A DNA stretch of 64,000 bases. Source: Laetmonice hystrix (taxonomy: Eukaryota). Of the stretch, positions 59,588 through 64,000 are shown piece after piece. Under the pieces are notes generated by a model, which saw nothing but the letters and a program-made list of their open reading frames with translations, did not search any database and was not told the origin of the DNA. The translations under genes and the position numbers were made by a program. Position 1 is the stretch's first letter; the number at the start of each line of letters is the position of its first letter. The DNA lies in assembly GCA_965235115.1 (NCBI GenBank), contig OZ249441.1, forward strand, positions 24,986,001 through 25,050,000, written 5' to 3'.

Positions 59588-60315
59588 ACATGTAAGGTAT
59601 TACGCCATCTAGTGGACCAGGCAAACACGCGAATTAATTGATCTCAAAAGATCTTGGGAGATCGCCATAGGTGGCGCTGTGTACCGGTATACTGCCGGTA
59701 GCACACCTTTACCTTCAGTTTTACCTCTCGCCGCTTACCGCGGGGAGGCGGGTGGGATCGTCAAAAACTAATACAATGTAGTTTAAAACAAAATAAATTG
59801 GGGGTCATCGAATCAAAAAAAAGTTACAGCCTGCCAAACCATCTGTGCCTTGGTAAAACACGGGTAGCATTCAATGGAGTAGACAGGTTCTGACACACAG
59901 TTTGGTTCATGGTTTAAAAAATAGGCCTACTACTGATTTCCGCATCAACATTTTTCTGTTAAAGCTCACTACGCGGCGCTTTGAATACTCACATTTGCCC
60001 GTGGTACCAACGTGACTCACTAGGTGGTGCTTTGAACACTCGCATTTCCCTTTAATCCATCGTTCTCAGAGTGCACGGCTAGGAGTGGTAGAACGAAGTA
60101 CCACCAGATAGCGCCACTGTATGAATCAGGTGAGGTCACGTGGTACCAGAACGGGGTCACACTCGTGTCGAAGCGGGGGTAGGGCTCCACACAATGTCAT
60201 GGAGGTACGATACCTGCGGTGATGCTTGACTGGGAACTGTTAGAGACATGCGAGCTGCGGATGACAGATGCTGATCCCAGTATTATCATTTTTGTGACCA
60301 GAGACAAGATAAACT

Positions 60316-60427
60316 ATGGACGCAATACTGAAAGCTGTGAGGAAAAGCCCGCGGCCGTTCGGCCGGCAGCAGGGCTCGTCGGCCAAACCGAAGACGGCGT
60401 CATCGGCTGGCGGTGGGAAACATAAAA
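60316..60427 (+). CDS. candidate first coding exon of an unidentified gene
   Basis: Kozak-like actATGg, 37 codons (MDAILKAVRKSPRPFGRQQGSSAKPKTASSAGGGKHK), donor A|gtaagt, in CpG-rich DNA. No downstream exon identified. Confidence 0.3.
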
Positions 60428-63400
60428 GTAAGTGAATTTTTCTGAGGCTTTTCATCTAGATATCTGTGCCAGTTATGAATTATTCTGATCTAAATGTGCT
60501 CACCCGCTCGCGGTATATGTAACCTATATACCCAACCCCATATTGCGTCATTCACACGGCGCCCAAAACGTGCTGGACGCGAGGTACCTTGACAGACGCG
60601 GCCCGGTATGCGTGGACTGCGGGACTGGGAGTGGATAAGGATCGGCGGCGGCCTACGTGCGGCGGCTGGTCTGCAGTGACGGGCGGGGGAGGCGGAGGTT
60701 GGCTCTGCCGGTCCGCCCAGTCACAGGCGGCTCATTGACGGCGTGCCAACCCCATCGCCATGCATGCACCTGGACACAGCTCGCGTAAAATGGTGTTTAA
60801 GTTCTTGTCAGATTCGGGAAAATGTCGCCTTCGAGGCTTCACATGGACTGGGTTGCTCGGGTGGGGTGACTGGGGCGGAGACGGACTCGCTCTCTCAGAC
60901 ATCAGACAGCGGCATGTCGTAATGCTTCCACATGTCGCATTCAGCGGGCACGCCCACTTCATCTTCTGGCCGTCAGGCCATTCAACATAATCCTAAATCA
61001 TGTAGTATGTACTGGAAAAGAAGCAGGTATGAACCGGGGTTTTTTCGACATTGGATTTAAAAACAATTGTCAATGGTCGTGATTCAGCTTAAAGGCATGA
61101 TTCTTATCTTGGCACTCCTGTTAGTCACTCCTATCATTATTCATAAATCTTACCCAAGCAGTCACAATCACACTCACAGTCATGGTTGCATGATCTCTTT
61201 GCCGGAGGAGGAAATTAGCTTTTCTTACTAAGAATACTCCCCAGCAGAATCCCCACCAAATTCCCCAGATCAGGGATAACCCCGTTGTGAGGTGTCTTAC
61301 TAAAAAGACATTGAAAGCAGAAACAGTGTGGGGAGATGGGGATATTAAGAGTATTAAGACGTACGGGACCCACTAGTCTCCAATTTATTTTTTCCAAAAA
61401 AAAAGACCCAAGTCACCCCCTACCGATGGCGACTTAGAATGGGAGAGGCCATTGAAAGGTACTGAAATCTGTTTACATCTAGTTTGTGTTTAGCTGTGGG
61501 TAAGGTTATGTCTTCATTATGGCCCTGTCACACCTTGCCGGATAGCATAAACGCAAACGGATCATCTCAGTTTGCATGCGTTTCTTGTCCGTTTCTCGTT
61601 CGCCAAATGCGTTTCTTGTTCAATCCGGAGAAATGCCCAAGCGGCCGAGGGCCTGTAGTAGCAACAGAGACGACTTTCACCACCGGATGGTTAATTTTGA
61701 CAAAGTTTCCATTAAGCCTGCCATTTATACTTGCCATGTGCCAGTGCATTGTGTCACAGTGATAGGCCTAGGCCTAATGCCCTGGGCGCCTGTCAGGCTG
61801 GTTGATTAGCTGCTGGTCAAGCTGCGACAGCTAGCCCCAGTATTATATTGTCAGTCATAAAGCCGTTTTATAAATGTTGAGTGCCATAAATCCGCCATGA
61901 GGATTAGAGTGAAGGGGAAGCGGACAAAAACCTGCATGTTAATACCTTGGAGCTGTTTGTTGAGGGACATTCCAGCATGGAGACAGGCGGCCTAGTGGCC
62001 TTGTTGTTGCCAGGTGGGCTGGGTTGAATATGTCTGGGGGTCAGCCAAGCCAACGCTGCTCTCTACCCGATCCCAGGACAGTACTGAATAATTAAAGATT
62101 GACTTCAAAAAGTAGGTTCCAAAGTCTGGCCGACTTACCTGCTAACCTTCGTTTTTCTCTTCAGATATACACCCTTGCTTTCGCCAGTGTTTTTTAATTA
62201 GAATAATATGATGGATTAAAGTGGAAGTATTCAAGTTGATTATAGCCCAAGTCTTTTCCGGCTGTAAAGGTCACTGGAGATTGGAAGTACATACAAGTGA
62301 CACTCTGCCAACCTCAGCTTGACCACATCTATGGGAGGAGTTACAAGTGACATGTAGGATTAAACTGTGCCGTTACATCCAAATCCATATTCAGTGAAAA
62401 TAAGGCATACAGCTAATCCTAACACAAACCCTGTTGGAAAACTTTCTGAGGAGTAGGAAGTTTGAGTCGGGGGGGGGGGGGGTGTAAGCTTTTGAGACCC
62501 TTCAGGTTGTAATTTTGACACGAACCCTCCCCCCCCCCCCAAAAAAAAAGAACATGTAGTGGTTTTAAATAAATGATATATAGGTATAGGAAGACTAGAT
62601 TATTATTGTGTTCAACTCGCAGTGAATCAGTGCATTAAGAAGTAGGTCTAATTATCAGGCAGTTACTCTGGCGGGAGGCATATTTCTAGATAGCTATGCA
62701 TCTTGGGCTAGGCGTACATAATTGTGCGAATGGTTGGTAAATTTTAAAATGAGGACAGAGATTTGTGGTAGTGTCTACACACGATAACATAGAAAGACAG
62801 ATCAGGATTGTTTTAGGGACAGACATGTTGACAAGTTCATACACCACAACTACAATTGGGCAGACAGTCTGAGAGAGATAAGTGGTCATAATTTATGAAA
62901 ATTCGCTGAGAGTGTCTGAGTGCTAATCACCAGATGACTGAGACAGGACTCAACACGTCCATGGTCCATGCTGCCACTCTACCTTACACCCACCCTCATC
63001 CTTGGGTTTGAAGGTTGGCTACCTGCCAGGGTGTCGCGGGCCTAGATTCGGTCAGGTTAGCCGGCGGTGGACCATGACTGTAGGACCGATTGGCATGAAT
63101 AAGACCGTTTTTAATGGTCATGAGGTAGGACTGACTGACTGCCATATTGGGATTTAGCCTGCATCACGTAGTGGTCAATAAAGCATTGCCGCCAATGTAA
63201 TGTAGCCTGTATATCGTCAAGCGTGTCAGATGTAGATTTCCAATCCACCTGGATTACAGCTCCGACTGACCTGTATTCCCGGAATGTAGGTCCAGACGGA
63301 CCTGCATCTCGAGGACTGCTAACTAGTCGAAACATCTATAATGGACCATCCTCCCAGCGTCAGACCTAATAAAGGGTGGAATTCAGTGCTCATGCTGTGC

Positions 63401-64000
63401 CCTTAGGCTTTAGCGTTTACCTTTGAACAACTATAGAGTTGATGTCGGGGCCTTCGAGGGATAGGCATCGGGTACATAATGATTTATCAGACCTGCCTTG
63501 GTGATAGTGGTGTCACTAGACTTAGAGAACTACATGGCCAAACTGATAAGGAGAACTATTACATTATTTTATGTTAGATCTGAAATGTAGCTTATGTAGG
63601 CCGCCTGCATATCTTCAAAGCGAAATGACAGATGACTGTGTGATGACTTCATTATTAATAATGTCCAGCTTTGTATAGGGCCGGGCGCCATTATTTAAGA
63701 TCATCTGTCCCATAAAACCCGATAAACATACATACTGTCAGAGTGCCTGCCACAGTCCGAATCGCCCTGTCGCTTGGCCATTACACCCCTAAAAAGAGTT
63801 GTTTTATATCTGTAATTAGTCTTAGTTCTACATGATTGCCTCTGTGACCCAATTATGAGTTGGAGCTGGCGAGTGGTGGTGGTCTAGCAGAATTTGTCAT
63901 GGGGCTCAAAGTCAACACGTTGTGGTTGAATTGAACAGACCCCCAATTGCATGCGGTAGACCTCATCTTTTGGCACTGTTAAATCTTCTCGGCTCACTGC

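Larger units (their letters stand above)
49797..59762 (+). mobile_element. DIRS1-type retrotransposon B (decayed, interrupted by a Mag-type LTR element)
   Basis: Left terminal repeat 49797-49893; ICR 59283-59340 complementary to it; right repeat 59345-59762 in flipped orientation; gag, RT (YLDD), RH, MT and YR remnants. Confidence 0.85.

Overview
Eukaryotic genomic DNA with GT-AG spliced genes, most likely from a non-vertebrate animal (host taxon is inferred, not shown). The left half holds two host genes on +. One is the last four coding exons of an AGPAT3/4-type lysophosphatidic acid acyltransferase (639-3055). The other is a 13-exon MPP8/MPHOSPH8-like gene (9984-27459; chromodomain, very long disordered linker, ankyrin repeats, MPP8-type C-terminus; about 1227 aa in my model, with one exon boundary uncertain). 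Their introns carry MITEs and a 36-bp minisatellite. The right half (33.6-59.8 kb) is a nest of transposons. There are two decayed tyrosine-recombinase DIRS retrotransposons in tandem, each interrupted by an LTR retrotransposon: a young Gypsy with open gag/pol ORFs, an IHDD RT motif and a rearranged 3' end, and a decayed Mag-type element itself hit by a Kolobok-like element. A SINE, MITEs and a dimeric satellite lie between the two DIRS elements. Best leads: terminal motifs shared by the two divergent DIRS families (including a U1-complementary AGGTAAGT and a 13-mer), an apparently flipped DIRS terminal repeat, CTCF-like motif arrays in TE termini, the Gypsy 3' rearrangement, and an MPP8 (HUSH subunit) homologue in a probable invertebrate. 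All calls are by eye from the sequence and ORF track; no database search or alignment was run.
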